From Tubiluchus corallicola (lineage: Eukaryota > Animalia > Priapulida), in contig JAQGDQ010000249.1 of assembly GCA_030141605.1 (NCBI GenBank), positions 30,924 to 94,923 on the forward strand: DNA of 64,000 nucleotides, read 5' to 3'. Below are positions 34,882-49,007 of this stretch, one piece after another. How positions within the stretch are numbered: the first letter of the stretch is position 1; each line of letters starts with the position of its first letter. The notes under the pieces are model-generated. The model ran no database searches, had not been told where the DNA came from, and saw nothing but the letters and a program-made list of their open reading frames with translations. The translations under genes and the position numbers were made by a program.

Positions 34882-36264
34882 ATGTCGTTTGCATCATTTC
34901 TCAAAACTTGTGCCGTCACTTTTTATTTCCTTGAATGTTTTTGGACCGCTGGAATGTCGTGTAAAACTAAAATCAGGACTGAAAATTGTAACAGCTTGTA
35001 TAACCAGTACAATTTAAATGCGTTTTATGGTAAAAACTCCAGAACACAGGGTTATTCACTCCACGGAGAGTTGCTTCGAGTGGGAGCATGGAGAGAAGAT
35101 GTTATGAAGCCATATCTAGACCAACTGCTTACGATACTCAGCCAAGCAGCAAACTTCACGTACAAGGTGACATACATTAAACGTTCAGGAACTCTAGAAA
35201 ATACAATTGATACAGGAGAATTCGACTTGTTTTTGGGCTTAGTCACAATGTTACCAGAAAGAGCAAAAAGCATGACGTTTCTTCACCCACTTGTTTATAA
35301 TTCTCATGTATTTATCACAAAAAGACATCGATTACAAGGTTTCAGTATAATAGATCCATTCACCACACTCGTGTGGCTGCTTCTGGTATTATATGGCGTA
35401 GTAGCGGGTACAATACTTTACTATATTGACTACAGCAAAAACCTGCCATACAACGAGGAAGAGATCATAAAATGCAGTAATTGCCAAAGAAAACTGGAAA
35501 AACCAGTGATAAAGAATGAAAGTAAGGCATACTTTACTCGGTTCACACTGTCGTCATACCTCCAACAAGGTGGAACATATTTACCAAAACGTTTATCCGC
35601 TAGGATGCTTATCGGATGGTGGTGGATTTTTGCTTGCATCATCACAGCCATGTACACAGGCACACTGGTTAGTAAATTATTTGTAAGCAAGCAAGTTTAT
35701 CCATTCACTACATTGCAAGAGTTGAAAGACAGCAACATAATCCCTGTTACAGTAGGTCACCACAGCCCCACCTTGCAAATGAAAAACAGACCGGAATTTA
35801 GGCAACTGTGGCAGAGAATGAAAACGGATCCTAATGTACCTGCTGACAGTGCAGAGATGGCATTAGAGCTGACATCTACTGGAAAATACACCTTGTTTAC
35901 AATAGGGACTTATGCAAAGTTCTTCTTAATTAAGGATTATGAATTATATGAAAAATGTAGATTTTCTGTTTCTCCATTTTTGAGATTTTCGTTACCATCA
36001 GCATTAGTTGTACCAAAGAACAGTAACTACACAGAAGTCCTAAATTTTGCTCTTGCTACATTAAAAGAACACGGTCTTGTGGACAAACTGCTACAACAGT
36101 TACTGCAACCATCGGCAAAGTGTTTAGATTCACCTGTTCAGCATGTAGGCACATTATCAATTAATGTGGAGCAACTTAATGTAGTTTTTTGGGGGTTGAT
36201 ATTTGGAATCGGTGTAGCATTGTTTACATTTATTAGCGAGCTTGCTTACAAGAAGTTCATGTGA
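34882..36264 (+). CDS. iGluR/IR-like channel, copy 7 (460 aa)
   Basis: Full-length paralog; homologous ATG at 34882 (track start 34840 is GTG). Confidence 0.92.
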   Translation: MSFASFLKTCAVTFYFLECFWTAGMSCKTKIRTENCNSLYNQYNLNAFYGKNSRTQGYSLHGELLRVGAWREDVMKPYLDQLLTILSQAANFTYKVTYIKRSGTLENTIDTGEFDLFLGLVTMLPERAKSMTFLHPLVYNSHVFITKRHRLQGFSIIDPFTTLVWLLLVLYGVVAGTILYYIDYSKNLPYNEEEIIKCSNCQRKLEKPVIKNESKAYFTRFTLSSYLQQGGTYLPKRLSARMLIGWWWIFACIITAMYTGTLVSKLFVSKQVYPFTTLQELKDSNIIPVTVGHHSPTLQMKNRPEFRQLWQRMKTDPNVPADSAEMALELTSTGKYTLFTIGTYAKFFLIKDYELYEKCRFSVSPFLRFSLPSALVVPKNSNYTEVLNFALATLKEHGLVDKLLQQLLQPSAKCLDSPVQHVGTLSINVEQLNVVFWGLIFGIGVALFTFISELAYKKFM

Positions 36265-37262
36265 AAGTCAATAGTTTATGTACTGACCTCATTGCTGACG
36301 GATTTGTAGATGATAATCGTTTATCAGCTAAGAGTGGATATGCTAAATTCAAACTAAATGATGAAATTGACTGGAGTATGTTTCATATGCGAGTAGATGA
36401 GATATCTCATTGTAAAAGTCAGTTGTTTATCTGATACGGTAAACTATGTATAACTTCAACTGGTATAACTTGAATTCTTGCGTATCTTAAACAGATCTTG
36501 TGGAACAGATTTTTCCTTTTAATAAACACCGTGTAACTCAGATTATCGCGTAACTTGAACCAAATTCCCGGTACAGTTTTTAAGAAATGTACTGAAATTA
36601 TCTCGCCTGTCTGGAACAGCCTCCCAAGCAAGAAGTCTTACGTGAAAGCGTTCACCACATTACGATTTTAACTGCTAGTTTCAGTGAAAATGCTAAATTG
36701 CTTGTGTTACCTTAGTAGAACACTGCATACGACATGGCTTAATAAACGTGGTATAATGTAGATCACAATATTATTATTGCCGAATTCCATTAACCATGCT
36801 CTTCAGTCTACAATACACGATGTAGGCATGGTGACTGTAGGTCTGGTTCCTGATTTAGAGTTGGTGAGGCCCTAACCTATATAAAGCCCTGGGCCTGGTC
36901 TCAGAAAACTTGGAAATATATAAGCCTCTTAATTATTTAATAGCAAAGTGAGCAATAGAAATTATTTTCGAATGAATGACTTACTGGCAACATATTAATA
37001 ATGTGGTTGGCTTAAACTCTGTCATGTACATTTTGTGTTATAATAAAATGCAGCTATGACGGACGACCCAAATACTAAACAAAGGGAAGAAATAGCAAAA
37101 ATTGAAAAAATCATAGAAAATACAAATCTCGAAAATTTTGGAAATCATTTAGCAAGTTTTATATGGTTTATCAGAAAAACAGTTAAAGAAAGCATTGCTT
37201 AACACTATTTCAAATTAAATTATATTTTAATCGGTTTTTGAAATCTTAGCAAGTTTTAGATT

Positions 37263-38412
37263 TTATGATTCTGATTTTAATCTTTAATCACCTTAATTTT
37301 GACTTCATGTAGTTTTGTTCTTAATTACTGTATCGCAATGATAATTATAAACATTTAATTTTTCTTAATTGTGTATGACTTTTATCAGTACTTTTACTTC
37401 TTAGTATTTTAGTCTAAAATGGTGTTTTACCCCTAATCTAGTTCTGTTATATTTAGTAAATAATTTTTAACTGTTTTTTAATCTTTAAATTTTTCATTTT
37501 TCAATTATACTTTATGAATTTTAACTTTATGACTCTTATTAGACTTATTTTATGAAACTTATTAACAATTTAAAATTCCTAATTCTTGATGCTTGGGGTT
37601 TTAATTAAAATGTTCATTTTATTTAATATGTGCTACTAAAGTGTAATTTTTATTTGTTTAATTTCACTTATTTGAAATTATCTATTTAAAGTTATAATCA
37701 TGCATGAACCATCGTGGAAATATTGTATTATATTCAATTTTGATCCACATCTATGTAAAAAACAAATTTCTGTTTTATTCTGTTCTTAGGATGATACATG
37801 ATTTGTTTAGTGTGAATCCACTTGGCAATTTCTAATTCTTATGATTCTGATTTTAATCTTTAATCACCTTAATTTTGACTTCATGTAGTTTTGTTCTTAA
37901 TTACTGTATCGCAATGATAATTATAAACATTTAATTTTTCTTAATTGTGTATGACTTTTATCAGTACTTTTACTTCTTAGTATTTTAGTCTAAAATGGTG
38001 TTTTACCCCTAATCTAGTTCTGTTATATTTAGTAAATAATTTTTAACTGTTTTTTAATCTTTAAATTTTTCATTTTTCAATTATACTTTATGAATTTTAA
38101 CTTTATGACTCTTATTAGACTTATTTTATGAAACTTATTAACAATTTAAAATTCCTAATTCTTGATGCTTGGGGTTTTAATTAAAATGCTCATTTAACTT
38201 AATGTGTGCTATTAATGTGTAATTTTTATTTGTTTAATTTCACTTATTTGAAATTATCTATTTAAAGTGATAATCATGCATGGACTATCGTGGAAAAATT
38301 GTATTATATGCAATTCTGATTCAAATCCATGTAAAAAATAAATTTCTGTTTTATTCTACTCTGTTCTTAGGATGATCCATGATTCGTTTTGAGTGAATAC
38401 ACTTGGCGATTT
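37263..38412. repeat. Local ~576-bp tandem duplication inside a spacer
   Basis: ttatgattctgattttaatc...gtgaatccacttggc starts at 37263 and restarts at 37839. Confidence 0.85.
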
Positions 38413-39639
38413 CAAAGGAGATGTTGTTTGAAACTTTTTCTCCTATAGGGCCCATATTAGTGAAAATTTTAAAAAATCGTAAAAATTTAAATTCAAAATT
38501 TTGAAAATCCGCAAAAAGATGATTCTGTGTCTATTAATTCCACATCCTGACCTGACATTTCTTACAACTTTGATCCCATTGTAGAGTGTTAGGAGTTTTC
38601 CTTAGATTTATTTATATAACCTGTTGCGACGAAGCTTTTGTGATCTTATGTTGGGATTCATCCATGGCTCATTTCCGGGATGAACCATTACTGTTTGATT
38701 TGGGATAGATCCACAACACAGTTTGTACATGCACCAATAATTAACTTGCATGTTTGGTTTACATTGAGAGTTATTAAAGCATCCAGATGACATTTGATAA
38801 TTGATTAGGAAAAATATGAAGTTGATACTTCTAAACTTTTCTCACATGCCTTTTTACTTAATACATATATAAATTTCATATGGCTCAATATAGGACAGTG
38901 TCTGCATGCATCAGCAGTCGCTGTCTGTACAAACGTCCCAGTAAACCAGTTTGAAATATTTGTAATGATAAGATCTAAACATGATTTTGACTCTGGTGAA
39001 ATGTGAGTGGTTTTGTTTATGAACTGATGCAGACATTCATTATGCAAATGATAGAAAATCTTGTTCAACTCTTTTCTTCCTCTCCCGTTTCCCCTCCTAT
39101 TGCATTTTTATCCATTCTATTTTATTCTACTTCCTTCTATACTGTTGCCTTTTTGTTCTTTCTAATCTAATTTGCAGTTTGCACGTCTCTGATAGTGTTA
39201 AGTGTTTTATGTTTGCTCTTGTGTTGTTTCCACATTCGCTAGCGCCAGTGCTGCATACAAAAGCCAAATCTTTTGATACCTAGCAAACAAATACATAGCC
39301 AATAACGTTTTCGAAAGTGCATGTTCTGCAGCATTCTGCTTTTCAATATGCTGTTAGTTTAGGTGTTGAGGTAACATCAACTTCAGCAGGCAACAGAAGA
39401 AGCCTAATTGAACACTAGACAGTTTGACAGAAAAAAAACACGCAGAATGGGCTCCTGTCAATTAGCGTACAGACAATTACGATTAATGCAAATATATTTA
39501 CAAAGTACTCGACCACAACACATTGGCATTGTAGTATAAGTGGTCAGCTGAAAACATTTTCATCTTCGCTGCATAGCCATATTATGACTGTATAACGTGA
39601 ATCAGCTAACGCTCATGATTCGATTTTACAAAGCAAAAA

Positions 39640-41022
39640 ATGTCATTTGCATCATTTCTCAAAACTTGTGCCATTGTTTTTTATTTCCTTGAATGTTTTT
39701 GCATCAAAGGAACGTTGTGTAAGACTAAACCAAGGACTGAAAATTGCAACAGACTGTATAACCAGTACAATTTAGATGTGCTTTATGGTAAAAACTTCAG
39801 AACACAGGGTTATTCACTCCACGGAGAGATGCTTCGAGTTGGAGCATGGAGAGACCATCAGATGAACCCATATCTAGATCAACTGCTTATGATGCTCAGC
39901 CAAGCAGCAAACTTTACGTACAAGGTGACGTACATCAAACGTTTTGAAACTCCAGAAAATATAATTGATACAGGAGAATTCGACTTGTTATTGGGCTTAG
40001 TCACAATGTTACCAGAAAGAACAAAAAGTATGACGTTTCTTCACCCACTTGCTTACAATTCTTATGTATTTATCACAAAAAGACATCAGTTACAAGGTTT
40101 TAGTATAATAGATCCATTCTCCACACCTGTGTGGCTTCTTGTGGTATTATATGGCATAGTTGTGGGTACAATACTCTACTATATTGACTACAGCAAAAAC
40201 CTGCCATACAACAAGGAAGAGATTATAAAATGCAGTAATTGTCAAAGAAAACTGGAAAAACCAGTGATAAAGAATGAAAGTAAGGCGTACTTTACTCGGT
40301 TCACACTATCGTCGTACCTCCAACAAGGTGGAACATATTTACCACAATGTTTATCCGCTAGAATGCTTATTGGATGGTGGTGGATTTTTGCTTGCATCAT
40401 CACAGCCATGTACACGGGCACACTGGTTAGTAAATTATTTGTAAGCAAGCAAGTTTATCCATTCTCTACGTTGCAAGAGTTGATAGACAGCGACATAGTT
40501 CCTGTTACACTAGGTCAGTTGAGCGGCACCATGCAAATGAAAAACAGGCCTGAATTTAGACAACTGTGGCAGAGAATGAAAATGGATCCTAATGTACCTG
40601 CCGACAGTGCAGAGACGGCATTAGAGCTGACATCTACTGGAAAATACACATTCTTCAACGAAAAGACTTATGCAAAGATCCACTTAATTAAGGATTATGA
40701 ATTACACGGAAAATGCAGATTTTCCATTGCTTCATCTTTAAGTTTTTCGACACCATTAGCATTAGTTGTACCAAAGAAAAGTAACTATACTGAAGTCCTA
40801 AATTTTGCTCTTGCTATATTAAAAGAACACGGTCTTGTGGACAAACTGCTACAACAGTTACTGCAGCCTTTGGAAAAGTGTTTAGACCCCCCTATTCAGC
40901 ATGTAGGCACGTTATCAATTAATGTGGAGCAACTTAATGTAGTTGTTTGGGTGTTGATGTCTGGAATCGGTGTAGCATTGTTTACATTTGTTAGCGAGCT
41001 TGCTTACAAGAAGTTTATGTGA
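39640..41022 (+). CDS. iGluR/IR-like channel, copy 8 (460 aa)
   Basis: Full-length paralog; nearly identical to copy 13. Confidence 0.92.
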   Translation: MSFASFLKTCAIVFYFLECFCIKGTLCKTKPRTENCNRLYNQYNLDVLYGKNFRTQGYSLHGEMLRVGAWRDHQMNPYLDQLLMMLSQAANFTYKVTYIKRFETPENIIDTGEFDLLLGLVTMLPERTKSMTFLHPLAYNSYVFITKRHQLQGFSIIDPFSTPVWLLVVLYGIVVGTILYYIDYSKNLPYNKEEIIKCSNCQRKLEKPVIKNESKAYFTRFTLSSYLQQGGTYLPQCLSARMLIGWWWIFACIITAMYTGTLVSKLFVSKQVYPFSTLQELIDSDIVPVTLGQLSGTMQMKNRPEFRQLWQRMKMDPNVPADSAETALELTSTGKYTFFNEKTYAKIHLIKDYELHGKCRFSIASSLSFSTPLALVVPKKSNYTEVLNFALAILKEHGLVDKLLQQLLQPLEKCLDPPIQHVGTLSINVEQLNVVVWVLMSGIGVALFTFVSELAYKKFM

Positions 41023-44000
41023 AAAGCAACAGATATTGTACTAACCCTTCAATCTCCAATCATTTACCCTTTTCAAGGTCATCAATAACTGCTGCTTGTT
41101 GGCTGATCTCAAACAGTTTTCTTATCTAATGATGCTAGTACATGTGCAGCTAAAAAAGAAGTGTGCCATGCAGTTCAGCATTGTGATAATGCATAAACTG
41201 TCACTGATTTGATGCATTTAATCCACAATTTCAGGCTGTTTCCTTCAAATAACCTTGTGTATTGTGAAATGTTTCTTCGACCGTGAAAAGCATCTGGAAA
41301 AGTCAGATTAGACAAACTTTACTTTTCAAAACACCTACTTTCGCACATTTATATTCCTTGTTGAGCATAAAGTTTCCCATTATATGGGACGACATTGGTG
41401 TAACATGTTCTTGTAATAGTTTCCTAAAGGTGGCAGCACTTTATAACATGTGCTTTATGTAATAGGTATATCAAGATGTAACGTGGTGTACCAAAAGTGG
41501 GAAAAGTCATTATACGTCATAAATTATTTATTTTACAACAACTTTGTGTAGCAAAATATGATATTGTGTTCTGCAGCAAACAAGACCAGGCCATACTCTG
41601 CTATAGTATTCTTTTACTTGTTCAATGTTGAATGTCAACAATTTAACGTGATCTTCAAACCAGTGTGACATCCTCGTGAAAGTCAGTAAACCAGCGTAGA
41701 ACTTAGTTCCTCAGCTTAGAAAGAGTGCAGCTTGTTGTCTGTTAACCTATTAAAGGTTGCACAACAACTTCACACTCACAGAATAAATCTGTGCATCTAG
41801 GCAATGTATGTAACTCCAGGCTTATATAGAACGTACTTCCTCAGGTTAGCAAGAGCGCAGCTTGTTGTCTGTTAACTTATTAAAGGTTGCACGAAAACTT
41901 CACACTCACAGAATAAATCTGTGCATCTAGGCTATGTATCTAACTCCAGGGTTATAAGAATGTACTTCCTCAGCCTAGGGAGTTGTGTCTACCAAGAGTA
42001 CTTTTCTTACTTGCTCAGGCTTATTTGAAATATAGTTCCTTAGCCTGTATTGAGCTGTACTAACTAGTACTTACCAGGTATTATCAAGCTGCTCATTAGA
42101 GCAAGAACATATTCGTCATCTGCCGTTACTACTGACCTAATTGCTGACGGATTTGTACATGATAATTAGCTGTCAGCTAAGAGTGGATAAGCTAAATGGA
42201 AAGTAAATGATGAAATTGATTGGAGTATGGTCCATATGCGAGTAGATGAGATATCTCATTGTAAATGTCAGTTGTTTATCTCATACGGTAAACTATGTAT
42301 AATTTGAATTGGTATATAACTCGAATTCTTGCGTATCTCGAACTGGTCTCCTGGAGTGGATTTTTTCCTTTCATTTATCCCTTTAATAAACATCGTTTAA
42401 CTTGAATTATCGCATAACTTGAGCCAAATTCCCGGCACAGTTTTTAAGAATCTGATTGCAATTACCTCGACTGTCTGGAACAGCCTCCCAAGCGAGAACG
42501 AGAAGTTCTATGTGAAAGCGTTCACCACATTACGATTTTAACGGCTAGTTTCAGCCAAAATGCTAAATTTCTTGTGCTACCTTAGTAGAATGCTACACAC
42601 AACATGGCTTAGCAAACATGGTTTAATGTATATCATAATATTATTATTGCCGAATTCTATTAACCATGCTACTCAAACTACAATACATGACATAGACTTG
42701 GTGAGATTCTGCCATATACATTTTGTATTATAATAAATTGCAGCTATGACGGATGACCCAAATATTAAACTAAAGAAAGCATTGCTTAATACTATTTTAA
42801 ATTAAATTATATTTTAATCTGTCTCATTTTTGAAATCTTAGTAACTTTTAGATTTTATCATTCTGATTTTAATCTTTAATCACCTTAATTTTGACTTCAT
42901 GTAGTTTCGTTCTTAATTACTGTTTAGCAATAATAATTATAAACATTTAATTCTTTCTTAATTGGGTATGACTTTTATCAGTACTTTTACTTTTACTTAT
43001 TAGTACTTTTAGTCTAAAATGTTGTTTTATCCCTAATCTTACATTTAGTAAATAATTTTTAACTGTTTTTTAATCTTTAAATTTTTCATTTTTCAATTAT
43101 TCTTTATGAATTTTATGAATTTTAACTTTATGACTCTTATTTAGCTTGTTTTCTGAAACTTATTAACAATTTAAAATGCCTAACTCTTGATGCTTAGGGA
43201 TTTAATTAAATGTTCATTTAATTTAATGTATGCTATTAATGTGTAATTTTTATCTGTTTAATATCGTTTATTTGAAATTATCTATTTAAAGTGCTAATCA
43301 TGCATGAACCATCGTGGAAATATTGTATTATATGCAATTCTGATCCACATCCATGTAAAAAATAAATTTCTGTTTTATTCTATTCTTCTTAGGATGATCC
43401 ATGTTTTGTTTAGAGTGAATCCACTTGGCGATTTCTAAGGAGATGTTGTTTGAAATTTTTTCTCCTAGGGGGTCCCATTTTAGAGAAAATTTTAAAAAAA
43501 TTGTAAAAATTCAAAATTTTGAAAATCCGTAAAAAGATGATTCTGTGTCTGTTAATTCCACATCCTGACCTGACATTTCTTACAACTTGGATCCCAATGT
43601 GGAGTGTTAGGAGTTTTCCTTAGATTTATTATATAACCTGTTGAGACAAAGCTTTTGTATTCTTATGTTGGGATTCATCCAAGGATCGTTTCCGGGACGA
43701 ATCATTACTGTTTCATTTGGGATAGAGCCACAACACACTTTGTAAATGCGTCTATAATTAACTTGCATGTTTGGTTTACATTGAGAGTTATTAAAGCATC
43801 CAGATGACACTTGATAATTAATTCGAAAAAATATGAAGTATCAACATTTTCTCATTTCTAAACTTTCCTCACATACCTTTTTACTTAATACATATATATA
43901 TATATATATAAATTTCATATGGCTCAATATAGGACAGTGTCTGCATGCATCAGCAGTCACTGTCTGTACAAACATCCCAATAAACCAGTTTTGAGTATTT

Positions 44001-44797
44001 GTAATGATAAGAACTAAACATGATTTTGACTCTGGTGAAATGTGAGTGGCTTCGTTTATTAATTGAAGCAGACGATAATTACGTAAATGATACAAAATCT
44101 GATTCAACTCTTCTCTTCCCCTCCCATTTTCTCTCTTATTGCATTTTGATCTATTCTTTATTATTCTACTTTGTTCTACACTTTTGCCTTTTTGTTTTTT
44201 CGAGTTTACTCTAATCTAATCTAATCTAATCTAATCTAATCTAATCTAATCTAATCCTTCAATCTCAAGGTGGACTTGATCAAAGTAGGAGACACTAATC
44301 ACGTGTTACTTTTCGTTTTTAATTTACAGTTTGCTCCTCGCTGTCTGGGTTAAGTATAGTACGTTTGCTCTTGTGCGGTTTCTGCATTCGCTAGCTCCAG
44401 TGCCGCATACAAAAGCCAAATCTTTAGATACCTAGCAAACAAATGCATAGCCAATAAGTTCTGCAGAATTCTGCTTTTCAATATGTTATTATTTTAGGTG
44501 TTGAGGTAACATTAGCTAGGTGGTAATGTTAACACAGGTGGCAACAGGACGAGAAGCCTAATTAAACACCAGAAAGTTTGACAGACAAAACGAACATATA
44601 GATTGGCACCTGGTAAATTAGCGCACACGCTATTATGATTAATGCAAATATATTTACAAAGTATATGTAACACATTGGCATTGTAGTATAAAAGTGGTCA
44701 GCTGAAAACATTTTCATCGTCATCCTCCTTCGATAGGCATATTATGATTGTGTAATGTGAATCAGCTAAGTTTATTATTCACACTTCCAAAGCGAAA

Positions 44798-46180
44798 ATG
44801 TCGTTTGCATCATTTCTCAAAACTTGTGCCGTCACTTTTTATTTCCTTGAATGTTTTTGGACCGCTGGAATGTCGTGTAAGACTAAAATCAGGACTGAAA
44901 ATTGCAACAGCTCGTACAACCAGTACAATTTAAATGCGCTTTATGTTAAAAACTTCAGAACACAGGGTTATTCACTCCACGGAGAGATGCTTCGAGTTGG
45001 AGCATGGAGAGACGATCCGACGAAGCCATATCTAGATCAACTGCTTACGATGCTCAGCCAAGCAACAAACTTTACGTACAAGGTGACATACATCAAACAT
45101 TTGCAAACTCTAAAAAATGCAATTGATACAGGAGAATTCGACTTGTTTTTGGGCTTAGTCACAATGTTACCAGAAAGAGCAAAAAGCATGACGTTTCTTC
45201 ACCCACTTGCTTATAATTCTCATGTATTGATCACAAAAAGACATCAATTACAAGGTTTTAATATAATAGACCCATTCACCACACTCGTGTGGCTGCTTCT
45301 GGTATTATATGGCATAGTTGTGGGTACAATACTTTACTATATTGACTACAGCAAAAACCTGCCGTACAACAAGGAAGAGATTATAAAATGCAACAACTGT
45401 CAAAGAAAACTGGAAAAACCAGTGATAAAGAATGAAAGCAAGGCGTACTTTACTCGGTTGACACTGTCGTCATACCTCCAACAAGGTGGAACATATTTAC
45501 CAAAATGTTTATCTGCTAGGATGCTTATAGGATGGTGGTGGATTTTTGCTTGCATCATCACAGCCATGTACATGGGCACACTGGTTAGTAAACTATTTGT
45601 AAGCAAGCAAGTTTATCCATTTTCTACGTTGCAAGAGTTGATAGACAGCGATATAATTCCTGTTACAATAGGTCATTACAGCCCCACACTGCAAATGAAA
45701 AACAGACCTGAATTTAGACAACTGTGGCAGAGAATGACACTGGATCCTAATGTACCTGTTGACAGTGCAGAGATGGCATTAGAAGTGACAGCTACTGGAA
45801 AATACACATTCTTTACAGAACGGATTTATGCAAAGCTCCGCTTAGTAAAGGATTATGAATTACGCGGAAAATGCAGATTTTCCATTGCTTTGTCTTTAAG
45901 TTTTTCGACACCATCAGCATTAGTTGTACCAAAGAAAAGTAACTATACTGAAGTCCTAAATTTTGCTCTTGCTACATTAAAAGAACACGGTCTTGTGGAT
46001 GAACTGCTACAACAGTTACTGCAGCCTTCGGAAAAGTGTTTAGACCCCCCTATTCAGCATGTAGGCACGTTATCAATTAATGTGGAGCAACTTAATGTAG
46101 TTGTTTGGGTGTTGATGTCTGGAATCGGTGTAGCATTGTTTACATTTATTAGTGAGCTTGCTTACAAGATGTTTATGTGA
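44798..46180 (+). CDS. iGluR/IR-like channel, copy 9 (460 aa)
   Basis: Full-length paralog; mostly like copy 6, with a C-terminus like copies 8 and 13. Confidence 0.92.
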   Translation: MSFASFLKTCAVTFYFLECFWTAGMSCKTKIRTENCNSSYNQYNLNALYVKNFRTQGYSLHGEMLRVGAWRDDPTKPYLDQLLTMLSQATNFTYKVTYIKHLQTLKNAIDTGEFDLFLGLVTMLPERAKSMTFLHPLAYNSHVLITKRHQLQGFNIIDPFTTLVWLLLVLYGIVVGTILYYIDYSKNLPYNKEEIIKCNNCQRKLEKPVIKNESKAYFTRLTLSSYLQQGGTYLPKCLSARMLIGWWWIFACIITAMYMGTLVSKLFVSKQVYPFSTLQELIDSDIIPVTIGHYSPTLQMKNRPEFRQLWQRMTLDPNVPVDSAEMALEVTATGKYTFFTERIYAKLRLVKDYELRGKCRFSIALSLSFSTPSALVVPKKSNYTEVLNFALATLKEHGLVDELLQQLLQPSEKCLDPPIQHVGTLSINVEQLNVVVWVLMSGIGVALFTFISELAYKMFM

Positions 46181-49007
46181 AAATCAATAGTTTATGTGCT
46201 GACCTCATTGCTGAATGATTTGTACATGATCATCGTCTATCAGCTAAGAGTGAATATGCTAAATTCAAACTAAATGATGAAATTGACTGGAGTATGTTTC
46301 ATATGCGAGTAGATAAGATATCTCATTGTAAAAGTCAGTTGTTTATCTGATACGGTAAACTATGTATAACTTCAACTGGTATAACTTGAATTCTTGCATA
46401 TCTTAAACAGATCTTGTGGAACAGATTTTTCCTTTTAATAAACATCGTGTAACTCAGATTATCGCGTAACTTGAACCAAATTCCCGGTACAGTTTTTAAG
46501 AAATGTACTGAAATTATCTCGCCTGTCTGGAACAGCCTCCCAAGCAAGAAGTCTTACGTGAAAGCGTTCACCACATTACGATTTTAACTGCTAGTTTCAG
46601 TGAAAATGCTAAATTGCTTGTGTTACCTTAGTAGAATGCTGCATACGACATGGCTTAATAAACGTGGTATAATGTAGATCACAATATTATTATTGCCGAA
46701 TTCCATTAACCATGCTCTTCAGTCTACAATACACGATGTAGGCATGGTGACTGTAGGTCTGGTTCCTGATTTAGAGTTGGTGAGGCCCTAGACTATATAA
46801 AGCCCTGGGCCTGGTCTCAGAAAACTTGGAAATATATACGCCTCTTAATTATTTAATATCAAAGTGAGCAATACAAATTATTTTCAAATGAATGACTTAC
46901 TGGCAACATATTAATAATGTGGTTTGCTTAAACTCTGTCATATACATTTTGTGTTATAATAAAATGCAGCTATGACGGATGACCCAAATACTAAACAAAG
47001 GAAAAAATAGCAAAAATTGAAAAAAATCATAAAAAATACAAATCTTGAAAATTTTGGAAATCATTTAGCAACTTTTATATAGTTTATCAGAAAAACAGTT
47101 AAAGAAAGCATTGCTTAATACTATTTTAAATTAAATTATATTTTAAACTGTTGTCTCATTTTTGAAATCTTAGCAACGTTTAGATTTTATGATTCTGATT
47201 TTAATCTTTAATCAGCTTAATTTTGACTTTATGTAGTTTTGTTCTTATATACTGTATAGCAATGATAATTATAAACATTTAATTTTTCTTAACTGTGTAT
47301 GACATTTATCAGTACTTTTACTTCTTAGTACTTTTAGTCTAAAATGTTGTTTTACCCCTAATCTAGTTCTGTTATATTTAGTAAATAATTTTTAACTGTT
47401 CTTTAATCTTTAAATTTTTCATTTTTCAATTATAATTTATTAATTTTATGAATTTTAACTTTATGACTCTTATTAGACTTATTTTATGAAACTTATTAAC
47501 AACTTAAAATTCCTAATTCTTGATGCTTAACGTTTTAATTAAAATGCTCATTTAACTTAATGTGTGCTATTAATGTGTAATTTTTATTTGTTTAATTTCA
47601 CTTATTTGAAATTATCTATTTAAAGTGATAATCATGCATGGACTATCGTGGAAAAATTGTATTATATGCAATTCTGATTCAAATCCATGTAAAAAATAAA
47701 TTTCTGTTTTATTCTACTCTGTTCTTAGGATGATCCATGATTCGTTTTGAGTGAATACACTTGGCGATTTCAAAGGAGATGTTGTTTGAAACTTTTTCTC
47801 CTATAGGGCCCCATATTAGTGAAAATTTAAAAAAAAAATGCGTAAAATTTAAGAAATCAAAATTTTGAAAATCCGCAGAAAGATGATTCTGTGTCTGTTA
47901 AATCCACATCCTGACCTGACATTTCTTACAGCTTTGATCCCAATGTGGAGTGTTAGGAGTTTTCCTTAGATTTATTTATATAACCTGTTGCGACAAAGCT
48001 TTTGTGTTCTTATGTTGGGATTCATCCATGGCTCATTTCCGGGATGAACTATTACTGTTTGATTTGGGATAGATCCACAACACAGTTTGTAAATGCATCA
48101 ATAATTAACTTGCATGTTTGGTTTATACTGAGAGTTATTAAAGCATCCAGATGACATTTGATAATTGATTAGGAAAAATATGAAGTTGATACTTCTAAAC
48201 TTTTCTCACATGCCTTTTTACTTAATATACATATATAAATCTCATATGGCTCAATATAGGACAGTGTCTGCATGCATCAGCTGTCGCAGTCTGTACAAAC
48301 GTCCCAGTAAACCAGTTTGAAATATTTGTAATGATAAGATCTAAACATGATTTTGACTCTGGTGAAATGTGAGTGGTTTTGTTTATTAACTGATGCAGAC
48401 GTTCATTATGCAAATGATAGAAAATCTTGTTCAACTCTTTTCTTCCTCTCCCGTTTCCCCTCCTATTGCATTTTTATCTATTCTATTTTATTCTACTTCT
48501 TTTTATACTGTTGCCTTTTTGTTCTTTCTAATCTAATTTGCAGTTTGCACGTCTCTGATAGTGTTAAGTGTTTTATGTTTGCTCTTGTGTTGTTTCCACA
48601 TTCGCTAGCGCCAGTGCCGCATACAAAAGCCAAATCTTTTGATACCTAGCAAACAAATACATAGCCAATAACGTTTTCGAAAGTGCATGTTCTGCAGCAT
48701 TCTGCTTTTCAATATGCTGTTAGTTTAGGTGTTGAGGTAACATCAACTTCAGCAGGCAACAGAAGAAGCCTAATTGAACACTAGACAGTTTGACAGAAAA
48801 AAAACATGCAGAATGGGCTCCTGTCAATTAGCGTACAGACAATTACGATTAATGCAAATATATTTACAAAGTAATCGACCACAACACATTGGCATTGTAG
48901 TATAAAAGCGGTTAGCTGAAAACATTTTCATCTTCGCTGCATAGCCATATTATGACTGTATAACGTGAATCAGCTAACGTTCATGATTCGATTTTCCAAA
49001 GCAAAAA

